Source of the DNA: Chthoniobacteraceae bacterium | GTDB taxonomy: Bacteria; Verrucomicrobiota; Verrucomicrobiia; Chthoniobacterales; Chthoniobacteraceae | DNA: 64,000 nucleotides | Direction: 5' to 3' | NCBI GenBank assembly: GCA_037190965.1 | Contig: JBBCKI010000042.1 | Location: 1-64,000, forward strand | Part shown: positions 8,913 through 21,258 of the stretch, one piece after another | Layout of the letters: the number at the start of each line of letters is the position of its first letter | Numbering within the stretch: the first letter of the stretch is position 1 | Made by a program: the position numbers and the translations under genes | The notes under the pieces: generated by a model | The model's database searches: none | Seen by the model: the letters and a program-made list of their open reading frames with translations, nothing else | Told to the model about the DNA's origin: nothing

Positions 8913-10070
8913 ATGACTATCCCCGCCTCCGAAACCCCGGTCAATCCTGTCGATCTCTTCGCCGACTCCCCTGCCTCGGAGGGAGAACGGGCTGTTTACA
9001 CGATCGGCAACAAGACCTTCCGGTTGGACAAGGCCAAGGCCCGTGAGCGGCTGGCCGGCAAACGGGTCATCAACGGGCTGCGTAGCGCGGAGTTAAACGT
9101 CCTCCCGCTCAAGTATCACGAGGCGTACCGGATTTACAAACAGATGAAGGCGAACCACTGGGAGCCCGACGTCATCGACATGACCAAGGATTGCACCCAG
9201 TGGAACACCGGCGCGCTCAGCCCCAAGGAGCGGTGGATCATCGAAATGGGCGTCGGCTACTTCTCTTCGGCCGAAGGGATCGTGGGCGACAGCGTGCTGC
9301 ACGTCATTGAGGAGAACCTCACCGCCGCCGAACTCAAACACGCGGCGCTGCGGCAGATCGCGGAGGAATCGATCCACATGGACTCGCTCCTTCACATCAT
9401 CGGCAGCCTGAACATCGACCTCGACGAGGTCACCGCGAAGTTCCAGGACATCCCGAGCATCCAGAAGAAGAACGCCTTCATCACCCGTCAGATGCCGGAA
9501 CTGAAGATGGGGATCGACCTCACGGTGACGGCCAACAAGCAGAAGTTTGCCAAGGCGATCTTCGGAATCACACAGGTGATGGAGGGGACGCAGTTCTACG
9601 CCCTCTTTGCCATGATCCTCTCGCTGCACCGGCAGAACAAGATGACCGGCATCGGCCAGATGTTCCAATACACGCTGCGCGACGAGTCCAATCACATCGC
9701 GCTGGGCCGCTACATTCTCTCGGAACTCTTCGCAGAGAACCCCGACATCCGCACACCCGAGTTCGAGCGTGAACTCATCGAATTCATGCGCGAAGGGGTG
9801 GCCCTGGAGAAGGAATTCGTCCGCGACTGCCTGCCGGAAGACGGCGTCGGCATGACGCAGAAAGACTTCCTCGAATACGTTGAATACAACGCCGACCGGC
9901 GGCTCACGAGCCTGGGCCTTCCCGCCCAGTCGAACGTGAAAGCCAACCCGTTCCTCTGGCTCGACGAAGTGATCTTCCTCAAAAAGGAAAAGAACTTCTT
10001 CGAAACGCGCGTCACAGAGTACCAGACCGGCGGCAGCATGAAGAACACGCGCGAAGACGACCTGATCTGA
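8913..10070 (+). CDS. nrdB: Ribonucleotide reductase beta subunit, class Ic-like (no radical Tyr)
   Basis: Ligands E121, E152, H155, E224, E258, H261; C-terminal NFFETRVTEY; Leu159 at the radical Tyr position. Confidence 0.95.
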   Translation: MTIPASETPVNPVDLFADSPASEGERAVYTIGNKTFRLDKAKARERLAGKRVINGLRSAELNVLPLKYHEAYRIYKQMKANHWEPDVIDMTKDCTQWNTGALSPKERWIIEMGVGYFSSAEGIVGDSVLHVIEENLTAAELKHAALRQIAEESIHMDSLLHIIGSLNIDLDEVTAKFQDIPSIQKKNAFITRQMPELKMGIDLTVTANKQKFAKAIFGITQVMEGTQFYALFAMILSLHRQNKMTGIGQMFQYTLRDESNHIALGRYILSELFAENPDIRTPEFERELIEFMREGVALEKEFVRDCLPEDGVGMTQKDFLEYVEYNADRRLTSLGLPAQSNVKANPFLWLDEVIFLKKEKNFFETRVTEYQTGGSMKNTREDDLI

Positions 10071-10082
10071 TTTTTTCCGTTT

Positions 10083-12899
<2,817 letters not shown>

Positions 12900-12928
12900 G
12901 ACCCGCGGTTTTCTTAGATACTATTGAT

Positions 12929-13498
12929 ATGGGAGTTTATTCCGACCGCTGGATCCGCAAGATGGCGCGCGAATGCGGCATGATCGAGCCGTTTGCCGAA
13001 GAGCAGGTGCGCCAGACCGAAAGCGGCGCGCCGCTCATCAGCTACGGCCTGTCGAGCTACGGCTACGACCTGCGCGTTTCCAACGAGTTCAAAGTCTTCA
13101 CGAACGTCTTCAACACCGTCGTCGATCCCAAGCGGTTCGACGCCCAGTCGTTCGTCGATATCGAAACCGACGTCTGCGTCGTCCCGCCCAACTCGTTTGC
13201 CCTCGCCCGGAGTGTGGAATACTTCCGCATCCCCCGCGAGACGCTCACGATCTGCGTCGGCAAATCGACCTACGCCCGTTGCGGGATCATCGTCAACGTC
13301 ACCCCGTTCGAACCCGAATGGGAAGGCCACGTCACGCTGGAAATCTCCAACACCACCCCGCTCCCCGCGCGCATCTACGCAAACGAAGGACTGGCCCAAG
13401 TCGTCTTCCTCGCGGCGCATGAAGTCTGCGAAACCTCCTACGCCGACCGTGGCGGGAAGTATCAGGCTCAAACGGGGATTACGGTGCCGAGGATGTAG
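12929..13498 (+). CDS. dcd: dCTP deaminase
   Basis: [30 protein letters not shown] motifs; start at ATG 12929. Confidence 0.95.
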   Translation: MGVYSDRWIRKMARECGMIEPFAEEQVRQTESGAPLISYGLSSYGYDLRVSNEFKVFTNVFNTVVDPKRFDAQSFVDIETDVCVVPPNSFALARSVEYFRIPRETLTICVGKSTYARCGIIVNVTPFEPEWEGHVTLEISNTTPLPARIYANEGLAQVVFLAAHEVCETSYADRGGKYQAQTGITVPRM

Positions 13499-13512
13499 GT
13501 ACGAGAATAAAA

Positions 13513-13675
13513 TGGTGCGGCAGCACCGGTAGCCCGCTCGCGCCGTCGAGCGGGGGCATCGGCTCCCGTGGCTTCATGAGGGCCGCATCCCAATACCAAC
13601 AGCCTGTCCTGCGGGGATGGGTGCCAAACGTCGACTCGTAAACCCATCCCGCGCTCTCGGCGAGAGCGGGCTACC
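13513..13675. repeat. GTAG-type REP doublet (family B), copy 2, reverse orientation
   Basis: Same REP pair as 5637; spacer homologous to the 43383 copy. Confidence 0.85.
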
Positions 13676-13757
13676 TTGCCGTCCTCCGATTGGTGACTTT
13701 TTCGTCGTGCACCCCCGACAAGAACCGTGAGAGAATTCTTTCCTCACGCGCATTGCC

Positions 13758-14018
13758 ATGGCTGATCTGACAGATCCTCGCGTCATCAAACTCAAAGGCC
13801 TCTTGTTTCTTGTCACCGGAGGGCTCTCCGCTTTTCTGCTGCTGGCTAAGAATCCCTCTCTCGAGAATCTCCTCCTCCTGACTATCGCCATCTGGAGTTT
13901 CTCGCGGTTCTATTATTTCGCGTTCTACGTCATCGAACGCTATATCGACCCGGGCTATCGGTTTGCAGGGCTTCTTTCGGCTATTCGGCATCTGCTCCGC
14001 GAAAAAAATAAGAGATAG
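13758..14018 (+). CDS. Small membrane protein of unknown function
   Basis: 86 aa, two hydrophobic segments, aromatic-rich RFYYFAFYVIERYIDP. Confidence 0.6.
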   Translation: MADLTDPRVIKLKGLLFLVTGGLSAFLLLAKNPSLENLLLLTIAIWSFSRFYYFAFYVIERYIDPGYRFAGLLSAIRHLLREKNKR

Positions 14019-14041
14019 CCGGCGAGTCGCCAAAGCTCATC

Positions 14042-14866
14042 CTACTGCCTCATACTTGGCTCGGCGTAGGAGCGATACCCCGCCGGGTCAATCTCCACCG
14101 CGCCGTACCCGGCGGCGGTGAGCCCCTGTTCGATCATCCCCGCGACCGCAGGCAGCGCGCCCATCTCATCCGGCGCAATCTGGACGCGGGCGCGCAGGCC
14201 GCCCTCCGGGTCGACGACATGCCGCACGCGAAAGATGCGGAACCCGAGTCCGCGCACAAACGCTTCGCTCCGTTCCACCATGGCCAGAGCCTCGGTGGTC
14301 ACCGGGGTACCATGAGGAATACGGGAGCTCAGGCACGGCTGCGCGGGCGCATCGGCGGTCGGGAGGCCGAGGCTGCGCGAGATTTCACGGATCTCCGCCT
14401 TCGTCAACCCGGCCTGCTTGAGCGGGGCGAGCACGGCGAATTCCCTGGCGGCCTGCGAGCCGGGGCGCAGATGAGCCGGGTCGTCCGCGTTTTCGCCATA
14501 GGCGAGGGCGGCGAATCTGCGCTCCGCGGCCAGCCGCTCCATCTTCACGAAAAGCTCGGCCTTGCAGAAATAGCATCGGTTGAGCGGATTGCTCGCGTAG
14601 TCCGGGTTGGCCAGTTCCTCCGTGCGGATCACCTCCAACGGCGCGCCGATTTGCTCCGCCAGCGCCACGGCATCCGCCAGCGCCTGGCGCGGCAGACTGG
14701 CGCTATCGGCAATCACGCCCAGCATTTCGCTTCCCAGGACGCGATGGGCGAGGGCGAGAAGGCAGGCGCTATCGACACCGCCCGAATAGGCAATGAGCAT
14801 CGGCGCGTTCTCCCGAAGCAGGGCTTCGAGCGCGGCCAATTTTTCGGAGACTGGAGAAACCATCAT
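14042..14866 (-). CDS. larE: ATP-dependent sulfur transferase, LarE family
   Basis: PP-loop SGGVDS, RCYFCK, RPG, CLSSRIP motifs. Confidence 0.88.
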   Translation of the reverse strand: MMVSPVSEKLAALEALLRENAPMLIAYSGGVDSACLLALAHRVLGSEMLGVIADSASLPRQALADAVALAEQIGAPLEVIRTEELANPDYASNPLNRCYFCKAELFVKMERLAAERRFAALAYGENADDPAHLRPGSQAAREFAVLAPLKQAGLTKAEIREISRSLGLPTADAPAQPCLSSRIPHGTPVTTEALAMVERSEAFVRGLGFRIFRVRHVVDPEGGLRARVQIAPDEMGALPAVAGMIEQGLTAAGYGAVEIDPAGYRSYAEPSMRQ

Positions 14867-15687
14867 CAGATTTGCGACCGGCGGAAGAGTTCATCAAGCG
14901 GAAGCTGGAGGCCGATGTAGAACTCGCCAAACTCCGCGTACTCCGCGCTCACCGGGTCGAAGCGCATTTCGTAAACGATCCCCTTGATGTCGGAAGTGTT
15001 GTGAGCGAACAACGTCACACCCCACTCCGCGTCATCGAGCCCCGTGGAGCCGGTGATGAGCTGAAGAATCTTGCCGTGCCACCGGCGGCCCACCCGGCCA
15101 TGGCCGGCCATGAGTTCCCGGCGCTCCTCGAACGACAGGGTGTACCAGTTCTGGCCCGGGTTCCGGCGTTTCGACATCGGGTAAAAACAAAGCACCGGCC
15201 AGCCGGGGAGGTTCGGGTAGAGTTTGTCCCGCCCATACTTCTCCATCCGGGCGCGGAAATCGCCCAACTTTTTCTCGAACTCCGGGGAACCGGGGGCAAG
15301 CCCTTGATCCTTCTCAAGCTCGGCGGCGAAAGCTTCGGCGGAAGGGGCGTATTCGCTCCGCTCCGTCATGGAAAAATAGCTGTAAACCGGGGTGAGCACG
15401 TCCGGCCCGAGCGCCTGGCTCAACCGCTTTTCAAATGCATTGGCGGTGTGCAGGTCGGGCGTCAGAAGCATGAACCCGAGATCCGCCTTGGAGGAAACCA
15501 CGGCAAACGTAAGCAACTGCGTCTCCGGGGTCGCACGAATCTCCTGGGCAAGGGCCGTCAGGTTGGTCTTGGCGCGAAGCTGTTCATCCGCGCCGAGAAG
15601 GCTCCACTGCCCGTACTCGATTTTGTAGAAAAGGTGCAGGACGTGCCACCCCTCCAGGGGGAGCACGGCCGGAATTGCTTCGCTCAT
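14866..15687 (-). CDS. chdC: Coproheme decarboxylase (HemQ/ChdC)
   Basis: FYPMSKRR, NWY, proximal His in MAGHG, distal Gln in QLITGSTGLDDAEWGV. Confidence 0.85.
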   Translation of the reverse strand: MSEAIPAVLPLEGWHVLHLFYKIEYGQWSLLGADEQLRAKTNLTALAQEIRATPETQLLTFAVVSSKADLGFMLLTPDLHTANAFEKRLSQALGPDVLTPVYSYFSMTERSEYAPSAEAFAAELEKDQGLAPGSPEFEKKLGDFRARMEKYGRDKLYPNLPGWPVLCFYPMSKRRNPGQNWYTLSFEERRELMAGHGRVGRRWHGKILQLITGSTGLDDAEWGVTLFAHNTSDIKGIVYEMRFDPVSAEYAEFGEFYIGLQLPLDELFRRSQI

Positions 15688-15773
15688 GGCCAATTAACAT
15701 CGTAACGCCGACCCTCAAGTGCAAGACGTTTCCCCTTGCGCTTTTCCTCTGCCATCCGGACCATACTCCTCCG

Positions 15774-16928
15774 ATGATGAACTGGTATTACATTGACGGC
15801 CCGCGCCGGGTCGGCCCCTTCGATGACCCGGAGTGGGCAGATCTGGTCCGCACCGGCAAGGTCGGCCCCGACACCCTGGTCTGGAACGAGGAGCTTTCCG
15901 GCTGGGTGGCGTATCGCGCCATCCCCCCCTCCATGCAGCCGGTTCTTGACGATGAGGAACTGCAAGAAGAAGAGGAGGCTGAAGAGGAAGCGACCTTGCA
16001 CAACGGGGAGGCCCCCGAGGGTTTCGCGGCGCGCGTGTTGGAGCACGATTACCCCGTGCCGTTCCGCGCCTGCCTGAGCCGGGGGGTCCGGCTGTTCAAG
16101 GACCACTTCTGGCTGTTGCTCGGGTCGACCCTGCTCACCTATATTTTGATCTCCGTGGGAGGCAAACTCCCCGGGATATTGGGCCTCGCCATGCCGCTGG
16201 CGCTCACCGGGGTTCTGCAGGGCGGCCTCTATTCGGTTTACCTCCGGTTGTTGCGCAGGGAACCCGCCGTTCCCACCGATCTCTTTTCCGGTTTCGAACC
16301 GGGCATTTTCCGCAACCTCGTCATGAGGACGCTGATCGGGTATCTCCTTCTCTACGGCTGCCTCTCCGCTGGAGCGCTGGCCCTGGGCCTCGCAGGGTTC
16401 GAGGTCGTCCCGACGGAGAACCAGAACCCCGATCCGAATGCCATGGCCGAACGTCTCGCGGCGTTCTTTGCGGGGCTTGATTCGCTTTCTTTGCTGGCCG
16501 TGCTGCTGGCTCTTCTGGTCTGCATCACCCCGTTTATTTACCTCGGGTTCTGCTGGGTCTTCGCCATTCCGTTGATCTGGGACAAGCGGATGCCCTTCGC
16601 GATGGCCCTGCAATTGAGCCGCCGCAAGGTTCTCCAGCACCCGTGGCGCGTTTCCGGCTTTTTGATCCTGGCGGGAATCATCGCCGCGCTGCCGGGAATG
16701 GCCATCATGACGCTTGCCGCAGGGGCCAATCTCGTTGGCTCGTCGGGCGCCACGGCGGGAGCGCCGATGCTTGCGGCGGCATTCATCGCCATTAGCTTCG
16801 CCCTGCCGCTTTATTTTGGCGCATATCTCTCGCTTTACGAGACGGTCTTCAATGAGTCCCCGGCCTTGGAGGCTCATTCCGGCGAAGGGAAGGAGACAGC
16901 CATCAAAGAAGCGGGGCAGCCGGAATGA
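15774..16928 (+). CDS. GYF_2 (DUF4339) domain membrane protein
   Basis: N-terminal WYY..GPF..TLVW..GW pattern followed by several TM helices. Confidence 0.75.
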   Translation: MMNWYYIDGPRRVGPFDDPEWADLVRTGKVGPDTLVWNEELSGWVAYRAIPPSMQPVLDDEELQEEEEAEEEATLHNGEAPEGFAARVLEHDYPVPFRACLSRGVRLFKDHFWLLLGSTLLTYILISVGGKLPGILGLAMPLALTGVLQGGLYSVYLRLLRREPAVPTDLFSGFEPGIFRNLVMRTLIGYLLLYGCLSAGALALGLAGFEVVPTENQNPDPNAMAERLAAFFAGLDSLSLLAVLLALLVCITPFIYLGFCWVFAIPLIWDKRMPFAMALQLSRRKVLQHPWRVSGFLILAGIIAALPGMAIMTLAAGANLVGSSGATAGAPMLAAAFIAISFALPLYFGAYLSLYETVFNESPALEAHSGEGKETAIKEAGQPE

Positions 16929-17959
16929 GCGAAGCGTCCGCCTCCCTTTCCCGCTGGAAACGCTATCGCCACAGGCTGGAGTGGCTGGTGTGCGCCGGGT
17001 TCGCCGCGGCGGTCCCCCGGCTCCCAAGATATTTTTGCGCCCGCCTGGCCCGGGGTCTCGGCTGGCTTGCCTGTCATCTCGACCGGCGCGGCCATGCGGT
17101 GGCTCTCGCCAATTTGCGGTGCGCTTTCGGCGACCGGTACAACGACGCGGAGCGGGAGGAAATCGTCCTCCGCTCCTACCAGAGCTTTGCCCGGACCATG
17201 CTCGACCTTTTCTGGGCCCCCGCCTTGAACGCGGAAAACTGGAAGGATTACATCGAAATCGAGGGCGACCCAAGCCCGCGAGATGGGAAGGGAGTCATCA
17301 TGATGTGCGTCCATTGGGGAAACTTCGAGTGGGCCAGTCTTTCCATCGGTTTCCTCGGCATCCCCACCTCGATCGTGGCGGAAACTTTCAAAAACCCCCT
17401 GCTGAGCGACGTCTTCAACGGCAACCGCCAGGTCTCCGGGCATACGATCATCCCTCAGGAAAACTCGATGATCCGGCTCCTGAAAGTCGTCAAGCGGCAG
17501 GGAGCGGCGGGAATGCTCGTCGATTTGACGTTGCGGCCCGAGCAGGCGGCCATCGCCATTGAGACGTTTGGCAGGAAGATGTCGGCCACTCCCCTGCATG
17601 CCGTCCTAGCCGAGCGTGGGGGAGCGCTTCTGGTGCCTGTGCATGCCGAACCGCTCCCCAACGGGCGCTGCCGCGTCGTCGTCGATCCCCCTCTGACGGT
17701 TTCACCGGGAGCCACGACGCAACAGATCGCCCAGGCATGCTGGGATCACTTCGAGCAACGCATCCGCGAGCGACCGGAGCTTTGGATGTGGGCGTATAAA
17801 CACTGGCGTTACCGTCCGCGGACCGCCGATCCGGAAGCCTATCCCTTTTACGCCAATGTCTCCTCGAAGTTTGACAAACTTCTTTCCGGAAAGCCAGTTT
17901 CTGCAAAAAAACGACCTCTTCGGACGCCGCAGGCGATGGAAAATGGCGCGGTGAATTGA
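16925..17959 (+). CDS. Lipid A biosynthesis acyltransferase (LpxL/HtrB family)
   Basis: HWGNFE motif, PELWMWAYKHWR C-terminal motif. Confidence 0.88.
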   Translation: MSEASASLSRWKRYRHRLEWLVCAGFAAAVPRLPRYFCARLARGLGWLACHLDRRGHAVALANLRCAFGDRYNDAEREEIVLRSYQSFARTMLDLFWAPALNAENWKDYIEIEGDPSPRDGKGVIMMCVHWGNFEWASLSIGFLGIPTSIVAETFKNPLLSDVFNGNRQVSGHTIIPQENSMIRLLKVVKRQGAAGMLVDLTLRPEQAAIAIETFGRKMSATPLHAVLAERGGALLVPVHAEPLPNGRCRVVVDPPLTVSPGATTQQIAQACWDHFEQRIRERPELWMWAYKHWRYRPRTADPEAYPFYANVSSKFDKLLSGKPVSAKKRPLRTPQAMENGAVN

Positions 17960-17996
17960 CAAACCGGGCCAAGTGCGCTTTTTCCAAGGAGTCATC

Positions 17997-18671
17997 ATGA
18001 AACTTTCCCGTCTTTTCTCTGCTGCCGCCGGTGCGGCCCTTCTCACGATGCTGGCCGGTTGCGCCGGTTCCGGCCCCCTCCATCACGCAGACCCCAACCC
18101 TGTCGCCTACAAACCGCGCAATCCCGACAACGTGCGCGTGAAGGTCTCCCTCGCCAAGCAGCAGGTCTACGTCATGGAAGGGGATCGTCCCCTGCTCGTG
18201 GCCGCCACATGCGTCGGCACCCCGGCCAAACCGACTCCGAAAGGGACGTTCCGGGTTTACAAGAAAATCGCCGACAAACGTTCCTACTCTTACGGCTATT
18301 GGGCCAAGGGCAACGACGTTCGCCCCGGCGAAAGCGGCAGGGCACCCGGCTCGGGCTACCGTTATGTGGGCTACCCGATGCAATACTGGGTTGAATTCTC
18401 GCCCATGTACGGGTTCCACCAAGGCTACGTCTGGCCAATGGCGCGCACCCACGGTTGCCTGCGCCTCCACAAGAATGTGGCGCCGAAGTTCTTCGCTCTC
18501 GTGAAGATGGGCACCCCGGTCAGCATCGCCACCACTCAGCCGGAAGACGAGACCATCGGCCGGAGCGTTCCGCGTCCCAACGATTACAACGATCCCGATC
18601 CGGCTCCCGCCTACATGATCACCAGCCAGGTATTCTCCCAGCCGGCAGGGCCGCTGCTTGTGGAGCAATAG
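17997..18671 (+). CDS. L,D-transpeptidase lipoprotein (YkuD family)
   Basis: Lipobox LAGC; PTPKGTF; GFH...THGCLRL catalytic motif. Confidence 0.9.
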   Translation: MKLSRLFSAAAGAALLTMLAGCAGSGPLHHADPNPVAYKPRNPDNVRVKVSLAKQQVYVMEGDRPLLVAATCVGTPAKPTPKGTFRVYKKIADKRSYSYGYWAKGNDVRPGESGRAPGSGYRYVGYPMQYWVEFSPMYGFHQGYVWPMARTHGCLRLHKNVAPKFFALVKMGTPVSIATTQPEDETIGRSVPRPNDYNDPDPAPAYMITSQVFSQPAGPLLVEQ

Positions 18672-18684
18672 GAAGTCTTTTTTC

Positions 18685-19917
18685 ATGTCAGAAACCAAAC
18701 CCACTCCCGCCCCCGCTCCCAAGAGAGTCAACCTGCGCACGCCCGATGTGATGGCGACGGTGCAGGCCCAGGTTGAAGCGCATTACCGGAGCGAGGTCGT
18801 CGAGCGGCTTCGCTCCTCGGGAGGCACGATCTCGGCTGCCGGGCTGACCGTCCGGCTGGCGAAGCAATTTGGCTTCTGTTACGGCGTGGAACGCGCCATC
18901 GACCTCGCCTACGCGGCGGCCAAGGTTTTTAAGGATAAGCGTCTGTTTATCCTTGGCGAGATCATCCACAACCCGGAGGTCAATGACCAGATTCACGCCC
19001 TCGGCATTCGCAACCTGATCGGCGACGACAAGGAAGCCAACGTCGCCAGCCTTACCGCCGACGATGTCGTGATCGTCCCCGCCTTTGGCACCGATGTGAC
19101 CACGCTGGCCCGAGTGAAGGAAGTCGGCTGTCAAATTGTCGACACCACCTGCGGCGACGTCATGAGCGTCTGGAAGCGCGTGCGCCAAAACGCCAACGAC
19201 GACATCACCTCCATCATCCACGGCAAGGCGCAACACGAGGAGACCCAGGCCACCGCCAGCCGCGCGCTCATGAACGGCAAGGGCCATTACCTGATCGTCC
19301 TGACGCTGGAAGAGACCGACTACGTCTGCAACTACATCCGCAACGGTGGCGACCGGGAGACCTTTCTGGAAAAATTCCGGGGAGCTTACTCCGAAGGGTT
19401 CGACCCCGACAATGACTTGCGGCGGGTCGGCGTGGCCAACCAGACCACGATGCTCCGGGGAGAAACCGAGGAGGTGCAGCGGCGGATCGAAGCCGCCATC
19501 GCCGCGCGTGACGGCGCGGAGCGAGCCCGTGACAACTTCCGGTTCTTCGACACCATTTGCGGAGCCACCCAGGAGCGGCAGGATGCCCTGCGAGAAATGC
19601 TCCTGCAGCCGCTCGATCTTTTGCTGGTCGTCGGCGGCTACAACTCCTCGAACACCTCGCACCTCGCGGAGATGGGGGAAGAAAAACTGCCCACCTATTT
19701 CATCCGCAACGCCAGCCGGCTTGAATCCCGCAAGGCGATCCGCCATTTCAACCTGCATACTCGCCAGGAAGAAGTGACGGAAGATTGGCTCCCCCCCGTT
19801 CCCACGCTCATCGGCATCACCGCAGGGGCCTCCTGCCCCAACAACCTGATCGAGGAGACGGTGCTTCGCATTTTCGAGCTGCACGGGGTGAGCCGGGAAA
19901 TGCTGCTCGGCGCTTAG
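18685..19917 (+). CDS. ispH: 4-hydroxy-3-methylbut-2-enyl diphosphate reductase
   Basis: GFCYGV, IIHNP, DTTC, TICGATQERQ, SSNT, AGASCP. Confidence 0.95.
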   Translation: MSETKPTPAPAPKRVNLRTPDVMATVQAQVEAHYRSEVVERLRSSGGTISAAGLTVRLAKQFGFCYGVERAIDLAYAAAKVFKDKRLFILGEIIHNPEVNDQIHALGIRNLIGDDKEANVASLTADDVVIVPAFGTDVTTLARVKEVGCQIVDTTCGDVMSVWKRVRQNANDDITSIIHGKAQHEETQATASRALMNGKGHYLIVLTLEETDYVCNYIRNGGDRETFLEKFRGAYSEGFDPDNDLRRVGVANQTTMLRGETEEVQRRIEAAIAARDGAERARDNFRFFDTICGATQERQDALREMLLQPLDLLLVVGGYNSSNTSHLAEMGEEKLPTYFIRNASRLESRKAIRHFNLHTRQEEVTEDWLPPVPTLIGITAGASCPNNLIEETVLRIFELHGVSREMLLGA

Positions 19918-19979
19918 GTCGCTCCTTTTGCCGCAATTTGCTGGCGGAGGTTCCCGCCTTCCTGCTTTTCTGGTCGGCC

Positions 19980-21248
19980 ATGAAAATTCTTGTTATCGGC
20001 GGAGGCGGCAGAGAGCACGCCCTTGTTTGGAAATTGCGGCAGTCGCCCCGCGTCACGGAGATTTTCTGCGCCCCCGGCAACGCGGGCATCGGTCAATTGG
20101 CGACGAACGTTCCGATCCCCGTCACCGACATCGGCTCGCTCGTCAAATTCGCCGCCGCCGAGGGGATCGACCTCACCATCGTCGGCCCGGACGACGCGCT
20201 GGCCGCCGGGATTGCGGATCGTTTCCGGCAGGCGGGCCTCAGGATTTTCGGGCCTTCGCAAGCGGCCGCACGGCTGGAATCCTCGAAGGTCTTCGCCAAG
20301 GAATTCATGCAGCGCCATGGTCTCCCCACCGCCGCCAGCGGTCATTTTTCCGAGAGCGCCGACGCGCACCTCTTCTGCCAGAAAATGCGCTACCCGGTCG
20401 TCATCAAGGCGGACGGGCTTGCGCTCGGCAAAGGGGTCGTCATCGCAAAAACCCCGTCGGAAGCCGCAGGCGCGATTCACTCCATCATGGATCTCCGCCA
20501 ATTCGGCGCCGCCGGCAGCCGCGTGGTGATCGAGGAGTTTCTGACCGGCCAGGAGTGCTCCGTCCATGCGCTGGTAGACGGGAAGAACTATCTGCTGTTC
20601 CCCGCCGCGCAGGATCACAAACAGATTTACGACGGCGACGAGGGCCCGAACACCGGCGGAATGGGAACCTTCTCCCCCCCCGCCAAGCTCGTCACCCCGG
20701 AGATCGAGGAACGCATCCGCCGCGAGGTGATGGAGCCGTTCATGGCGGGGTTGCAAAAAGACGGGATCGACTTCCGTGGGCTGCTCTTCCCGGGGCTGAT
20801 GATAACCGCCGAGGGGCCAAAACTGTTGGAGTTCAACTGCCGGTTCGGCGATCCCGAGACCCAGGTGCTGCTCTCCCGGCTCAAGAGCGATCTCGTCGAT
20901 CTGCTGGAAGCCACCGTGGACGGGCAGCTGGGCGAGGTGCAACCGGTATGGGATTCCCGCGCCGCCGTCTGCGTCGTGATGGCCTCGGGCGGCTACCCGG
21001 GCAACTACACCGGGGGCAAAGTGATCACCGGGATCGAGGAGGCCGAGGCCCTGGGCGATGTCACCGTGTTTCATGCCGGGACGAAGCTCGTGGATCATAA
21101 GCTGGTCACCGCCGGAGGGCGCGTGCTTGGCGTCACCGCGCTGGGAGCCGATCTCCAGGCCGCGAAGGAGAAAGCCTATGAAGCGGTGGAAAAAATTCGT
21201 TTCGAAGGGGCCACCTTCCGACGCGACATCTCGGCAAAGGGGTTGTAA
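19980..21248 (+). CDS. purD: Phosphoribosylamine--glycine ligase
   Basis: GGGGREHA, KADGLALGKGV, GPNTGGMG, EFNCRFGDPE. Confidence 0.97.
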   Translation: MKILVIGGGGREHALVWKLRQSPRVTEIFCAPGNAGIGQLATNVPIPVTDIGSLVKFAAAEGIDLTIVGPDDALAAGIADRFRQAGLRIFGPSQAAARLESSKVFAKEFMQRHGLPTAASGHFSESADAHLFCQKMRYPVVIKADGLALGKGVVIAKTPSEAAGAIHSIMDLRQFGAAGSRVVIEEFLTGQECSVHALVDGKNYLLFPAAQDHKQIYDGDEGPNTGGMGTFSPPAKLVTPEIEERIRREVMEPFMAGLQKDGIDFRGLLFPGLMITAEGPKLLEFNCRFGDPETQVLLSRLKSDLVDLLEATVDGQLGEVQPVWDSRAAVCVVMASGGYPGNYTGGKVITGIEEAEALGDVTVFHAGTKLVDHKLVTAGGRVLGVTALGADLQAAKEKAYEAVEKIRFEGATFRRDISAKGL

Positions 21249-21258
21249 GGTTCCCGCC

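Noticed and set aside
14866..15687. Chlorite dismutase
   Set aside because: Distal residue is Gln rather than Arg and the YPMxK motif is present, favouring ChdC
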